This document shows positions 1-9,857 of a stretch of DNA of 64,000 nt, one piece after another; position 1 is the stretch's first letter; the number at the start of each line of letters is the position of its first letter. The DNA comes from a virus. The stretch covers positions 51,003 to 115,002 of IMG/VR virus record IMGVR_UViG_3300030104_004642; one strand, written 5' to 3'. Under the pieces are notes generated by a model. The model did not search any database. It was not told the DNA's origin and worked only from the letters and a program-made list of their open reading frames with translations. A program made the position numbers and the translations under genes.

Positions 1-221
1 TTCAGGGGATTGAAGAATACCCTCTTTGCCCATTCCAGGGATTTAAAATCAATACCCTTACGAACATCAAAGGCATCACCCATGTGAATCACAGTGGTGA
101 TACCTTCCTCTTTTAGTGATGGAAAGAAGATGTCCTCAAAGAACTTTTCAAAGTAGTCATGAAACAACTTGGAACCTTTTCTTGCTCCAAAGTGTGTATC
201 AGTAATAACTGCTACTCGCAT
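1..221 (-). CDS. gp47: Recombination endonuclease subunit gp47 (Mre11/SbcD-like), 5' part, runs off the window edge
   Basis: Manual translation from ATG at 221 gives MRVAVITDTHFGARKGSKLFHDYF...IHMGDAFDVRK, with metallophosphoesterase DxH and GD motifs. TGATG overlap with the gp55 stop; T4 synteny. Not in the ORF track. Confidence 0.93.
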   Translation of the reverse strand, partial: MRVAVITDTHFGARKGSKLFHDYFEKFFEDIFFPSLKEEGITTVIHMGDAFDVRKGIDFKSLEWAKRVFFNPL

Positions 222-727
222 CAGCTCCTCAACTTGCTATGGACAGCATCCTTGATAGAATTGTACTCGCTATAGTTGGTGCTGTCAAGGTCATTGGAAT
301 CAAAGACCTCATCAAAGTTGGTTTTCTCCAGAATCTTGTTCTTGATTTCCAGTTGCTTCTTCTCCTGCTGGATCCTTCTCAGGAATGCGTAGTAAATGAT
401 TTGGGTGAAATAGGCAAATGGATTCTTGGATTTCTCTGGATTAAAGTTATGGATATATCTTACACAGTTCTCAATACCATCACAGATCATATCATCCTTA
501 AACATGTAGTTCACAAAGTTAGGCTTATATGATAGGTGGTTAGCAATCTTCAGGAAGCACTCACCAATATATCTGGGGATCTGTGGTTTAGGATTACCCC
601 TCTCCTTTGCCCTTGCAACATCAATAGCATACTGTTCAAGGGCTGCTAAGAAGTCCTTATTGTTTACATAGTGTTCTGACTTCTTAGGTCTTGGCATAGT
701 CGTATAAGAGAAGGGCATAATAATCAT
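221..727 (-). CDS. gp55: Late-transcription sigma factor gp55 (likely start MPRPKK at 697)
   Basis: HYVNNKDFL, YIGECFLKIANHLSYKPNFVNY and NPFAYFTQIIYYAFLRRI motifs; next to gp47. Confidence 0.96.
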   Translation of the reverse strand: MIIMPFSYTTMPRPKKSEHYVNNKDFLAALEQYAIDVARAKERGNPKPQIPRYIGECFLKIANHLSYKPNFVNYMFKDDMICDGIENCVRYIHNFNPEKSKNPFAYFTQIIYYAFLRRIQQEKKQLEIKNKILEKTNFDEVFDSNDLDSTNYSEYNSIKDAVHSKLRS

Positions 728-742
728 TTATCTACTGGAATT

Positions 743-771
743 ATTATAACAGGAAAACAAAACGTTGACAA
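743..771 (-). promoter_or_regulatory. Sigma70-type promoter for gp55
   Basis: Minus strand TTGTCA-N17-TATAAT with extended -10 (TGn). Confidence 0.7.
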
Positions 772-793
772 CTATACACTTTACCAGTAGACT
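765..793 (+). promoter_or_regulatory. Divergent sigma70-type promoter, antisense to the upstream operon
   Basis: Plus strand TTGACA-N17-TAGACT; its -35 overlaps the -35 of the gp55 promoter. Confidence 0.5.
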
Positions 794-820
794 AGGTTTG
801 TTGCCTTTGAAGGATCAGCC

Positions 821-1207
821 TTAGCTAGATTTATAGAGTTTCTCTAAGACCTCCTTAGCATCCTGAACAGATGAAAGATATCCCATCTTCCTATCTATCT
901 GAGCATGATTACCCTTATGCATCTTTCTGATGTAATCCTGATAATAAAGGATCATCTCAATATCCTCTGATTCAGACATTGTAAGAACATCATCCATATT
1001 GACCATAAACATATCATCCTTACTTGACTTAAGCCAGGGTTCAAACTTATGTCCTACAACTGTTCCCCTAACCTTAACCTCCTCTACAACAATAGGGTTA
1101 GAGATTAAAAGCATGGTCCTATCATCATCCACATCTGCTGCTACCTTGGCAAAGATCTCATCCCCACCCTTAAACTTGATTGTACAATAGAAATCATCTT
1201 CCAGCAT
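821..1207 (-). CDS. Conserved cyanomyovirus hypothetical protein (possible Sm-like fold)
   Basis: 128 aa, TIKFKGGDEIFAKV...FEPWLK pattern; usual position between uvsW and gp55. Confidence 0.75.
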   Translation of the reverse strand: MLEDDFYCTIKFKGGDEIFAKVAADVDDDRTMLLISNPIVVEEVKVRGTVVGHKFEPWLKSSKDDMFMVNMDDVLTMSESEDIEMILYYQDYIRKMHKGNHAQIDRKMGYLSSVQDAKEVLEKLYKSS

Positions 1208-1216
1208 ACACTCCTC

Positions 1217-2680
1217 CTACTCTTTTATGTTGATTGATATGATGTCATAATTGAATTGCTCTTGAACATAAATCTTCACCCTCTCAATGAAATGATTCAG
1301 TGTATAATTCTTTCTTGATCCTAAGGTAAGATCATCAGCAATATCATATAGTTTTGCTTTCACCTTGTTTTTGCCTTTTCTAAGGACTCTACCAATGCTC
1401 TGTAAATTCCTAATACGAGACTTTGATGGAGAGGCAAAGATTACATTGTGTAGATTTTTAATATTAATTCCTGTACTGAATGTTCCATAAGAGGCAACAA
1501 TGATTGCATCATTCTGTTGCTCTGTGATTTCCCTTACCTGTTCCCTGTCTTCAGCATCTACACCGCCATGAACAAAGAAGACTTGTCTCCCTTCCCTGAC
1601 CTTGTTATTTATCATTTCGTAAAGTATGGCACCATGTGCCTCAACCCTACTGAATAGGATAAGACTGTTACCCTTCAGATCAACAGCAAGGTTGGTGATG
1701 AACCTGTTCCTTTTTTCATTACCAATCAGGAATTGAATCTCATCCTCATAGGTATCAAACTTCTTAGGTTTGTATTTTAGAACAAGGCATTGGATATCCA
1801 GTGTTGCAAGGTGACCCTCATCAATTAGTTTCTTGGTTTGGGTTACCTTGTATGATGGTCCAAACAATCCCTCTAAGACCCATTTATGGGTCTGTGTGCC
1901 ATCTAAAGTACCTGTAAACCCATATCTATACTTTGCATGGTGTAACTTGTCCATGATACAGATGAGGGACTTACTCTTAAAAAGGTGCGCCTCATCACCA
2001 ATGATGACATCATACTCCTCAAAGAATGACCTATCCAGTTGATAAACAGATTGCCAGGTGGTGATGGTCACCTCATTGGTATTGACCCTCTCCCTGCCAG
2101 CATAGATCCTGTGACAGTGATTCTCAGCATCCCAACCATAATCCTGAAAATCCTTAAACATCTGCTCCACAAGTGATGTGGTTGGAACCACAAGTAGGAT
2201 CTTCCTACCAGCATTCACATGGAACCTGACAATGGTGTAAATCATGAATGACTTACCAGATGCTGTTGGTGAGATCAACAACTTCCTGTTATATCTCAGG
2301 GCATCATGAACAGCATCAATCTGATAGTCCCTTGGTTTTATTGGTGTGATTGCTTTCATAAAGTCCTTCACACCCTCCTCTGAGATCATCTCATTGACCT
2401 CAAATGGTGGACCATAGAACTTATTGTCCACAAACTCATAGGTGTATCCTGATGTCTCACAGAACGCAACAACCTTATCAAGAAGACCCACATAGATCCT
2501 CTTGGTCTTCATGTTGAATAGATGTACATATCCATCCCAATACTTACTCCTGTATTGGGGCATGAATTTCTTATTTGGTACTTCAAAAGTGAATCTATCC
2601 CTTAACTCATATTCAATATGAGGTTCAGTTTTAACTTGCAGATAGACCTCGTTAATCTTCTGAATACTCAGATCTGCCAT
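1217..2680 (-). CDS. uvsW: UvsW SF2 DNA/RNA helicase
   Basis: PRDYQ, SPTASGKS (Walker A), GDEAH, TGT and QSIGRVLR motifs. Confidence 0.97.
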   Translation of the reverse strand: MADLSIQKINEVYLQVKTEPHIEYELRDRFTFEVPNKKFMPQYRSKYWDGYVHLFNMKTKRIYVGLLDKVVAFCETSGYTYEFVDNKFYGPPFEVNEMISEEGVKDFMKAITPIKPRDYQIDAVHDALRYNRKLLISPTASGKSFMIYTIVRFHVNAGRKILLVVPTTSLVEQMFKDFQDYGWDAENHCHRIYAGRERVNTNEVTITTWQSVYQLDRSFFEEYDVIIGDEAHLFKSKSLICIMDKLHHAKYRYGFTGTLDGTQTHKWVLEGLFGPSYKVTQTKKLIDEGHLATLDIQCLVLKYKPKKFDTYEDEIQFLIGNEKRNRFITNLAVDLKGNSLILFSRVEAHGAILYEMINNKVREGRQVFFVHGGVDAEDREQVREITEQQNDAIIVASYGTFSTGINIKNLHNVIFASPSKSRIRNLQSIGRVLRKGKNKVKAKLYDIADDLTLGSRKNYTLNHFIERVKIYVQEQFNYDIISINIKE

Positions 2681-2706
2681 AATGAAATCTCACCTGGCAC
2701 TATTTA

Positions 2707-2910
2707 TTACATGGTATTGAAGGTGTGCTCTAATAATATTTTCTTTGTCCAATCCCTTGCCTGCCAAAGATACTCCTGTTCTTCTGTTGGTCTAGCAGGT
2801 GCTCCTGGCCAGTTTTTAATTGCTTCACTTATTGCATAATGTAGTACCCTTACATCATTTATTCCAAGTGTAACATCATAAAAAATGTCCTGGTGCTCTT
2901 CTGAGTTCAT
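2707..2910 (-). CDS. Hypothetical protein
   Basis: 67 aa, ATGA-coupled to uvsY, WPGAPARPTEEQEYLW core. Confidence 0.7.
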   Translation of the reverse strand: MNSEEHQDIFYDVTLGINDVRVLHYAISEAIKNWPGAPARPTEEQEYLWQARDWTKKILLEHTFNTM

Positions 2911-3341
2911 CCTATTCCTGAGGTGAAACGTAAAAATTCTATTGAGTTTTTAATTTGATATGTTCTATTAGTTATCTGTTTAAGTATTTCTTCCAAATAC
3001 CTTAACATAGTTTCATAGTAGTCAATCTTTAGCGAAACTCCTGAGAGTTTCTCATCTGCATCCAAATATTTTTGCATAGTTTCCTTATCCCTAATTTTTT
3101 TAGGAAAGGGATTCTCAACATATACTTCTGGTTCAGCTTTACCAGAAAAATATTCATAGCGTTCGTGTCTGATGTTTTTTCTCTGTTGTTCTGCTTTCTT
3201 TCTCAGCAGATAAATGTTATTATATATCTCATAATATTTAGAGTGTAGAACTGGAATATTCAGGGACTCAGTATGAAGATTATCTGGGTCCATCTTTGCA
3301 TCCCTTTCCCACATCTCTTGAATCTTATCAAGAGTGATCAT
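2907..3341 (-). CDS. uvsY: UvsY recombination mediator
   Basis: ESLNIPVLHSKY, YLDADEKL and RTYQIKNSIEF motifs; synteny. Confidence 0.93.
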   Translation of the reverse strand: MITLDKIQEMWERDAKMDPDNLHTESLNIPVLHSKYYEIYNNIYLLRKKAEQQRKNIRHERYEYFSGKAEPEVYVENPFPKKIRDKETMQKYLDADEKLSGVSLKIDYYETMLRYLEEILKQITNRTYQIKNSIEFLRFTSGIG

Positions 3342-3934
3342 ACAAATCCACTTCCCTTAACAATAGTATAATTCAAATACTTAAATGAAACCTGAGCAGT
3401 AAAGTATTCTGTATCCTGCATTGTAGCATCAAATTGAATGGTTGACAAGGAAAATGGGAACATATCCTGAAACTTCACCTTGAAATTTTCATTCTGCATG
3501 GCATCAAGGATAGTCAATGTTCCATCTGAAAAGAGGTTCATTGTTCCACTATTATCCCTTACTGTACCAACCTTCTCATCCTGAAACTCGTATATTTCTT
3601 CAAGACTCTCAGGAAAACCTATACCCCTGATCCAATTCTGAATTTCAATATAGTTTTGAAGTTCTTCATCAACAAGAAAATTAAGTGTAAGATCCTCAAA
3701 ATCAATAATCTCACCAGGCACAGGAATATCCCTCAATCCAGCGGTTGGTTGAATTGTGGTTCTCAAAGTCATACCAGGTATATTCACAGCATTTCCAAAG
3801 AATGATACCTTTGGTGCCCTTGCTATTGAAAATCTAAACCCTTGTGGTTGTAAAAAGTTTCTATTTTGAATAGGGGGTACACCAACAACTGCTGGTGTGC
3901 TCTGGGTTGCTTGTCTTGTCCTTACATCAGCCAT
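3338..3934 (-). CDS. gp3: Tail tube terminator / tail completion protein gp3
   Basis: NFLQPQGFRF, FLVDEELQNYIEIQNWIRGIG and FPFSLSTIQFDA motifs; downstream of gp23. Confidence 0.9.
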   Translation of the reverse strand: MADVRTRQATQSTPAVVGVPPIQNRNFLQPQGFRFSIARAPKVSFFGNAVNIPGMTLRTTIQPTAGLRDIPVPGEIIDFEDLTLNFLVDEELQNYIEIQNWIRGIGFPESLEEIYEFQDEKVGTVRDNSGTMNLFSDGTLTILDAMQNENFKVKFQDMFPFSLSTIQFDATMQDTEYFTAQVSFKYLNYTIVKGSGFV

Positions 3935-3963
3935 TATGTTTTTTGATTATTTATCCTCATAAC

Positions 3964-3989
3964 AAAAAAAGGCACCCCTGAGGGTGCCT
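3964..3989 (-). terminator. Rho-independent terminator after gp23
   Basis: Minus strand AGGCACCC-TCAG-GGGTGCCT followed by a T run. Confidence 0.9.
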
Positions 3990-4013
3990 GTAAATCCCAG
4001 ATATGGGGAAGAA

Positions 4014-5465
4014 TCACATGAGGTTTTTGACCAGGACTCTTCTGTAGTATCTGTTGCTGTTGACTCTGAGTCTTCCCAGACCCTGAGTTGTGCCTTCTGC
4101 AAAGGGGTTGGCAACCAGACCATATCTGGTCTTGAAGCCAATCTTGGGTTGGAAGGTGTTCTCTCCAACTGCACGTACCATCTGCAGGGGTACATAGGGG
4201 CAGTAGAACAGACCTGCATCATAAGGGGAAGAACCCTTATAACCAACAACATAATACTGGTTACCAGAGTTGCTAGCAGAGTTGTTAGCAGCCAGGTTAG
4301 CAGAATAGGGGTCAATGTAAACTCTGAACTTACCATTGATGGTGCCAGCAAAGGTGTTGCCAGTGTCATCAACATTCAGGTTTGCATTCAGGGCAGGGGT
4401 ATAATCCAGGATACCAGCCATGGTCAGTGCAGATGCTACATCAGCAGAGCACATGACAATGTTGCCCTTTCCTCTTCTTGTTCTTTGAGCGATTGCATTA
4501 GCATCTCTCTCAATTTGGAACAGAAGACCCTTGAACTTCTCAACAGACCATCTGCCATTAGAGTCAACATCCAGGTCAAACTGACCAGCAGTTGCTACAT
4601 TAGAGGCAGCGCCTTGCTCAGCAGACTTGTAGATAGTTCTGATAACTTCTCTGTTGATCTCAGCAAGGATCTCAGTGGAGAGAATGTTAGCAAGTTCTGC
4701 TTCAGCATTCAGGCCATGAATTGCTTTCAGGTCCTGAGCAAGTTCAAGACTGTACTCAGCCTTCAGTGCTCTAGACTTAGCAGTAACAGTGACTTTCTCA
4801 ATAGAGAATGCCATCTCATTGAACTGATTGCCTGTGCCATTGCCCAGGTTCTCAGCATCACCAGTTGCCATGCCCTGACCAACTGTGTAACCAGTTGAAG
4901 AGGCAGAACCAACAGGGTTAAGTACAGAAGGATTATCACCATTCTGTGCAGTAGTACCAAGACCAGCAGCGACATCAGCCATGCCACCAGTCAGGTTGAA
5001 GCCATCATCCTGACCAGAGAAGGCAGAATCAACTTCATTGTAGAATGCTTCAGTACCAGATTGATCAGTGTATCTGGAACGCATTGCAAAGATCAGTCCA
5101 GTAGGACCAGACATTGGCTGAACACCAGCCAGATCATATGCAACCAGGTTAGGCATTGCACGTCTGATCAGGGAGATCAGAACAGGGTCAAAACCAGCAA
5201 CAGGACCAGCAGCGGTTGCATTAGCACCAAAGCCAGCAGTTGTAGCGGGGTTGCCAGTAGGTTGACCAGCAGCGTTACCACCCATGGTGGGCGTTTCCAT
5301 CAGGTTGATACCCTGACTAAACGCAGCTTCTTCTCTCAGAAACTTTTCTTGGTTTTCCAGCAGGACAGCAGTAACAGCTCTTCTATGGTTATCCTTGATA
5401 CCATCAAGACCTTCATAGTCTAGGAGAGGTGCCCACTTTTCCTGCAGATGTTCAGATTGAAACAT
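4014..5465 (-). CDS. gp23: Major capsid protein gp23
   Basis: FDPVLISLIRRAMPNL, GVQPMSGPTGLIFAMRSRY, KSRALKAEYS and FQPKIGFKTRYG motifs. Confidence 0.99.
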   Translation of the reverse strand: MFQSEHLQEKWAPLLDYEGLDGIKDNHRRAVTAVLLENQEKFLREEAAFSQGINLMETPTMGGNAAGQPTGNPATTAGFGANATAAGPVAGFDPVLISLIRRAMPNLVAYDLAGVQPMSGPTGLIFAMRSRYTDQSGTEAFYNEVDSAFSGQDDGFNLTGGMADVAAGLGTTAQNGDNPSVLNPVGSASSTGYTVGQGMATGDAENLGNGTGNQFNEMAFSIEKVTVTAKSRALKAEYSLELAQDLKAIHGLNAEAELANILSTEILAEINREVIRTIYKSAEQGAASNVATAGQFDLDVDSNGRWSVEKFKGLLFQIERDANAIAQRTRRGKGNIVMCSADVASALTMAGILDYTPALNANLNVDDTGNTFAGTINGKFRVYIDPYSANLAANNSASNSGNQYYVVGYKGSSPYDAGLFYCPYVPLQMVRAVGENTFQPKIGFKTRYGLVANPFAEGTTQGLGRLRVNSNRYYRRVLVKNLM

Positions 5466-5510
5466 TTGCTTTTCCTTAAAATGGATTGTTTACAGTTTGA
5501 ATTAATTAAT

Positions 5511-6584
5511 TCAGTTTTGCTTGAAAGCACCCAGAGATCTCAGATAGGTCTCCATGGTGGAAGATGTGGCAGCAGTAGTGCTGTCTACACCCTCAGAAAG
5601 AGTCTGAGTTGAGGTTGCTTTAGCAGCAGGAGTTGATCTAGAGAAGTATGACTCCTTTAGAGTCTCCAACTTTTCACGATATTCGTCTTCACTTTCAAAC
5701 TCTACACTCTCAGCAAGTGAAGCGAGCTTTTCCTTCTGGGTCTCAGCAAGACCTGAGGAAACTTGAGTCAGAACGTCTTGAGCAGAGGACTCAGCGAGTC
5801 TCTTATTCAGACCAATGTTCTTATCAATTTGCTCATTGAGCTTGGTCTCCATGTCATCAAGTTTTTCTACCATGCTTTCCAGCACATCATATTTATCTTC
5901 AGGGATGGTTACATAATGTTCTTCAAAAAGTTCCTTCATGCCTGAGAGGAAACTCTCAGTCATTTCAGATTTAATACCATGTTCTACTGCCAGTTCATTC
6001 TCAGTCATCCACTCTTCGCAGACATACTCGAGATAGGCATCTACTCTTTCTTGAAGTGAGGTCTTGAGTTCTTCTCTTGCCTCATCAAGTTGAGCAGCAT
6101 ATTGTGTTTCCAGGGTTTCCTGGATTTCTTTTACTTTGGAATTTAGAGCAGCTTCAAAGACAACCTTTGCTTTTTCTCTAAACTCCTCAGAGAGTTCTTC
6201 ACCACCAAGGAGAGCATTGACATCTTCATCCATGTCATATGCTTCTGTTGTCTCTTCAGATTCAGCAACTACTTCCTCAGTAGTTACTTCCTCTTCTGCT
6301 ACAACTTCCTCAGTTGCTTCTGCTTCTTCTTTGGCCATTTTCTGCATACCATCAGCTTTTTTGGCACCCTTGTTGACTACATCAGCCACTGTCTTAATCT
6401 TGGGTTCTCTGAGTTTAGCAGAATCATCATCTGCCTTATAATTCTCAGGGGTAGGACCACCAAGATCCTCATAGGAACCTGCACCTGATGAATCCATAGG
6501 GTCTCCAGCCTTAGCACCAGAATTAACCGCAGTTTTGGATTGTGCTGTCTTTACTTCCATTTCTTGTAGATCTCCACGAGACAT
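5511..6584 (-). CDS. gp22: Prohead core scaffold protein gp22
   Basis: Acidic coiled coil with LSEEFREKAKVVFEAA and YLEYVCEEW; between gp21 and gp23. Confidence 0.95.
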   Translation of the reverse strand: MSRGDLQEMEVKTAQSKTAVNSGAKAGDPMDSSGAGSYEDLGGPTPENYKADDDSAKLREPKIKTVADVVNKGAKKADGMQKMAKEEAEATEEVVAEEEVTTEEVVAESEETTEAYDMDEDVNALLGGEELSEEFREKAKVVFEAALNSKVKEIQETLETQYAAQLDEAREELKTSLQERVDAYLEYVCEEWMTENELAVEHGIKSEMTESFLSGMKELFEEHYVTIPEDKYDVLESMVEKLDDMETKLNEQIDKNIGLNKRLAESSAQDVLTQVSSGLAETQKEKLASLAESVEFESEDEYREKLETLKESYFSRSTPAAKATSTQTLSEGVDSTTAATSSTMETYLRSLGAFKQN

Positions 6585-6618
6585 TTGAACTCTCCGATTG
6601 CCTTTTTTAAACTATATT

Positions 6619-6626
6619 TATTTATA
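6619..6626 (-). promoter_or_regulatory. T4-type late promoter (gp22/gp23)
   Basis: Exact TATAAATA on the minus strand. Confidence 0.85.
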
Positions 6627-6643
6627 AATTAAAACCTTTGATA

Positions 6644-7294
6644 TCAAAGGTTATTCAGGAAATAATTAAATACTTCCAGTTTTTTCTCATCCAGTTGCTT
6701 TTGATCAACCAGAGTATTAATCTCTTTGTAGGTTTTGGCAGCAAGTTGTTCCCTAAGGACACCACCATCCCATACCCATTCCTTTCCTTCCATAATACCT
6801 TCAACAAAGGCATCAGGAGCAGAGGGATCAGCAACAATGTCAGCAGCAGTTGCCAACATGAAGTCATCACCTACAATGTTTACTCCCTCTCTGGTTGGTT
6901 TCAGTGAACCAATACCTCTGGATGAAACACCAAGTTTGACACCTTCTCCAATAAGTGAAGAGGCAATCTTACCCATAGGGGTGCTCAGGAGTTTTGCCTT
7001 ACCAATAAAGTTTGAACCACTCTCTTTGAGTGACACAATTTTATGGGATACCCTATCCAGGTTTACAGTTGGTCCTTCTGGATGACCCAGTTCTCCCAAT
7101 GCTCTACCTGCTTGTACGTGGTTTTCATTGTATCTTTGAACTTCCTTTCTCAGGACGCTCATAGGATACATTCTACCATTTCTGTTTTGAAGGTCTCCCT
7201 GTAGGAAGATTCCCTCAATAAACATTGACTTCTTTCCACCAACGCTTTCTACAATGAAGTCAACAGTTTCTATTTCTTCTCTGATTAGTTTCAT
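6644..7294 (-). CDS. gp21: Prohead protease gp21
   Basis: NRNGRMYP, ALGELGHP, GVSSRGIGS and DIVADPSAPDAFV motifs. Confidence 0.97.
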   Translation of the reverse strand: MKLIREEIETVDFIVESVGGKKSMFIEGIFLQGDLQNRNGRMYPMSVLRKEVQRYNENHVQAGRALGELGHPEGPTVNLDRVSHKIVSLKESGSNFIGKAKLLSTPMGKIASSLIGEGVKLGVSSRGIGSLKPTREGVNIVGDDFMLATAADIVADPSAPDAFVEGIMEGKEWVWDGGVLREQLAAKTYKEINTLVDQKQLDEKKLEVFNYFLNNL

Positions 7295-7302
7295 TTGTGA
7301 CC

Positions 7303-7857
7303 TCAGGAGACTTGAACTTGTTGGATGAATGCTTTGCCAGTGCTGGCATTTGTAATAACAGAAACTTTCAATGACCTTCTCAATTCAGCATATGGTGTGT
7401 TGAAGGTCTCAGAAACAGAAGAAGAGTTGTTATCAACAACAATCCTTGTACTGAAAAAACCACCAACATCAGAAGATGTATCAATGCTGGTAATTTCTTT
7501 ATGAGTAAAATTATATGTTGATGCAGTTCCCTGCACAGTTAGTGAAACAAAGTCACCAACAGCAAAGGGACAACCTGTTCCTTCAGGAAAATCAAGAGTT
7601 GTGGTAGCACCCTTGGTCAAACCAACAACCCTTTGAGCAGCAACAGGTCCCATACTGATTTCTTCAGAACCACCAGAAGTGCCAACATAAATGTTAGATG
7701 TGGTGGCAGTTGGATTACCTGCTACAGCAACATGACATCCAGCACCCTCAGCAACAACCCTTAGAGTATCAGACTGTTGATTAAATGCTGCTGATGATGC
7801 AGCAGATGTACTAGTTGCTAGGACCTGCCCAGTTCCAACTGCTTTTAGTGCGCTCAT
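7303..7857 (-). CDS. Conserved virion structural protein, hypothetical
   Basis: 184 aa, Ser/Thr/Val-rich; late-promoter-like TCTAAATA at 7890-7897; within the head module. Confidence 0.7.
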   Translation of the reverse strand: MSALKAVGTGQVLATSTSAASSAAFNQQSDTLRVVAEGAGCHVAVAGNPTATTSNIYVGTSGGSEEISMGPVAAQRVVGLTKGATTTLDFPEGTGCPFAVGDFVSLTVQGTASTYNFTHKEITSIDTSSDVGGFFSTRIVVDNNSSSVSETFNTPYAELRRSLKVSVITNASTGKAFIQQVQVS

Positions 7858-7892
7858 TTTCCTTGAATTACAATGTACCTGTTAATATGTAT

Positions 7893-8123
7893 TTAGACCT
7901 GTTCTTCTTCTGGTTCAACTTCTGGTTCAACCTCAGATTCAACTTCCTGTTCAACATCCACCTCAGCAGATGCCTCAGTTTCATTATCAAAAATTGATTG
8001 TGAAATGTGGGGTGTTACAGTAGAAACTTTTTCAGCTGTTTTAGCATATAGCAATTCCTTAATAGCATCACTAATTTGATTAGGTGATTCATCCTTCACC
8101 AAAAGATCCATTAATTCGTCCAT
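7893..8123 (-). CDS. Small acidic prohead core protein (gp67-like position)
   Basis: 76 aa with a very acidic EVEP-repeat tail, directly after the portal gene; TATAAATA at 8156-8163. Confidence 0.65.
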   Translation of the reverse strand: MDELMDLLVKDESPNQISDAIKELLYAKTAEKVSTVTPHISQSIFDNETEASAEVDVEQEVESEVEPEVEPEEEQV

Positions 8124-8158
8124 ATTGTATAGATATTGTATAGGTTACAATGTTTTAT

Positions 8159-9808
8159 TTATATTTCCCCACCCTTGGGTGTTTCAAATTTGGTCTCATC
8201 AACCTCAGGTGCTTGGGGAGTAGCACCCAATAAACCACCTGTTGTATCACCAGGTGCAGGTGCGATTGGTTGTCCAGTAGCAGGATCAACATCCATCTGA
8301 CTTGGATCAGGGATTACACCATCCTTGATTTCCTTCTCAATCAGTGCGTCCTGTTCCTCAATCTCAATATCAGTCTGTCTCAGAATCTTACGTCTTACAA
8401 AATCATTAGAGTAATACTTACCAACATATGGTTCAGCAAGTGCTGCAAGATTGAGTCTTTCAGTGGTAAGTTCTGCCTCTTTGAGTTCAGCAAAGTGATT
8501 ATCATAGAGGAAGTCATACTGAATATGATCAGACATCTTCTCCCAATCTTCTGGGGTGCAGACATTTTTCAGAAGAAGTTGTGTTTTCAGAAGATCCTGG
8601 AACATATGAGAGAATCTCTTTCTCATTCTTCCAACAAACTTGGAGAACTTGATCTCATCCCTCAGGATCTCTGATGATCTGCCCAGTGAGAAACCACCCT
8701 CTCCCTGAATTCTTGTTTCAGGAACATTCAGGGATCTGTACAACTTCTGTTGAAAGTAGTTGATGTCAGTGATCTCTCCAAGATTCTGACCACCAGGAAG
8801 TGTGGTGATTTCAGTGCCCCTGCCACCCTCTCTTCTTGGCAACCAGAAGTCCTCCATCATGGACATATGCTTCTTATCATCCCTTATCTCACCAGTGTTG
8901 GAGTCATACACCAACTTGTTTCTATAACGCATCATCACATCACGCAGGTATTGCTCTGCTTTTACCTTGGGCAGGTTACCAACATCAATGTAGAAGATTC
9001 TTCTTTCTGGTGCCCTTGAAAGTCTGTAGATAACAAGAGAGTCCTCAATCATCATCAACTGATTAAGAGGTTTGATTGCTTTGTGCATCCAAGAGAGTGT
9101 TGCTCCCTTGTTTCTATCCACCAGTCCTGAGGTGCAATAGCAGATTGAATCCCTAGTAAGTTTTACACCACCTGCCCTTTGCTGTGTGCCATATCCAGTC
9201 TGCTTACCTCCATCAGTATAGACAAAGTATTCTTCAATAGGTGGGAATTGGAATCCATCATCACCTTGTTTGATGTATATTCCATCACCTTTCTTTTTGA
9301 CAATCTGTCTTACATAACGCATCTTAGATGCATCAATGTATCTCAGTTCTTGAATACCATCCTCTGGTTTCTTCTGATCAATGACCTTATTGTAGTACAG
9401 TCTTCCATCAATATACCAATTCCTGAAAATCTCATGTGCCTTGGTGTCAAAATCAAGGAGATCAAGAATATATCTAAACTCTTCTCTAATTTTTTTCTTG
9501 ATGCCATCACTAGCATTTAAATTTGATAGTTCAATCTCAACAGGTGAATCATTAGTATCAGAAACAATTGCTTCATTAACAATATCCTCAATAGCACTAT
9601 CACATTCAGGATACAATGACATGGACCTGTATCTTCTGATCAGATCATTCTCATTCTTATAGATTCCTTCAATATCTACATAAGAGCCAAAAAAACCAGA
9701 GCTAATATAGTTCTCTGACCCATCCTGATTATTGGGGGGTACAGGAGATACTAGCCCTGGTGGTTGCTTCTCAGAATCTTCAATTGAGAAACCAAATAAT
9801 CTTGCCAT
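8159..9808 (-). CDS. gp20: Portal vertex protein gp20
   Basis: IYRLSRAPERRIFYIDVGNLPKVKAEQYL and EDFWLPRREGGRGTEITTLPGGQNLG motifs. Confidence 0.99.
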   Translation of the reverse strand: MARLFGFSIEDSEKQPPGLVSPVPPNNQDGSENYISSGFFGSYVDIEGIYKNENDLIRRYRSMSLYPECDSAIEDIVNEAIVSDTNDSPVEIELSNLNASDGIKKKIREEFRYILDLLDFDTKAHEIFRNWYIDGRLYYNKVIDQKKPEDGIQELRYIDASKMRYVRQIVKKKGDGIYIKQGDDGFQFPPIEEYFVYTDGGKQTGYGTQQRAGGVKLTRDSICYCTSGLVDRNKGATLSWMHKAIKPLNQLMMIEDSLVIYRLSRAPERRIFYIDVGNLPKVKAEQYLRDVMMRYRNKLVYDSNTGEIRDDKKHMSMMEDFWLPRREGGRGTEITTLPGGQNLGEITDINYFQQKLYRSLNVPETRIQGEGGFSLGRSSEILRDEIKFSKFVGRMRKRFSHMFQDLLKTQLLLKNVCTPEDWEKMSDHIQYDFLYDNHFAELKEAELTTERLNLAALAEPYVGKYYSNDFVRRKILRQTDIEIEEQDALIEKEIKDGVIPDPSQMDVDPATGQPIAPAPGDTTGGLLGATPQAPEVDETKFETPKGGEI

Positions 9809-9857
9809 TATTATATACTAGGAGTCTTGTGCTCCTAGTATTTATTAACTTAAAATA

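Noticed and set aside
3984-4898. 304-aa plus-strand ORF, and the many other plus-strand ORFs in the track
   Set aside because: They are antisense shadows of strongly codon-biased minus-strand genes (here gp23), with no recognisable motifs or expression signals.
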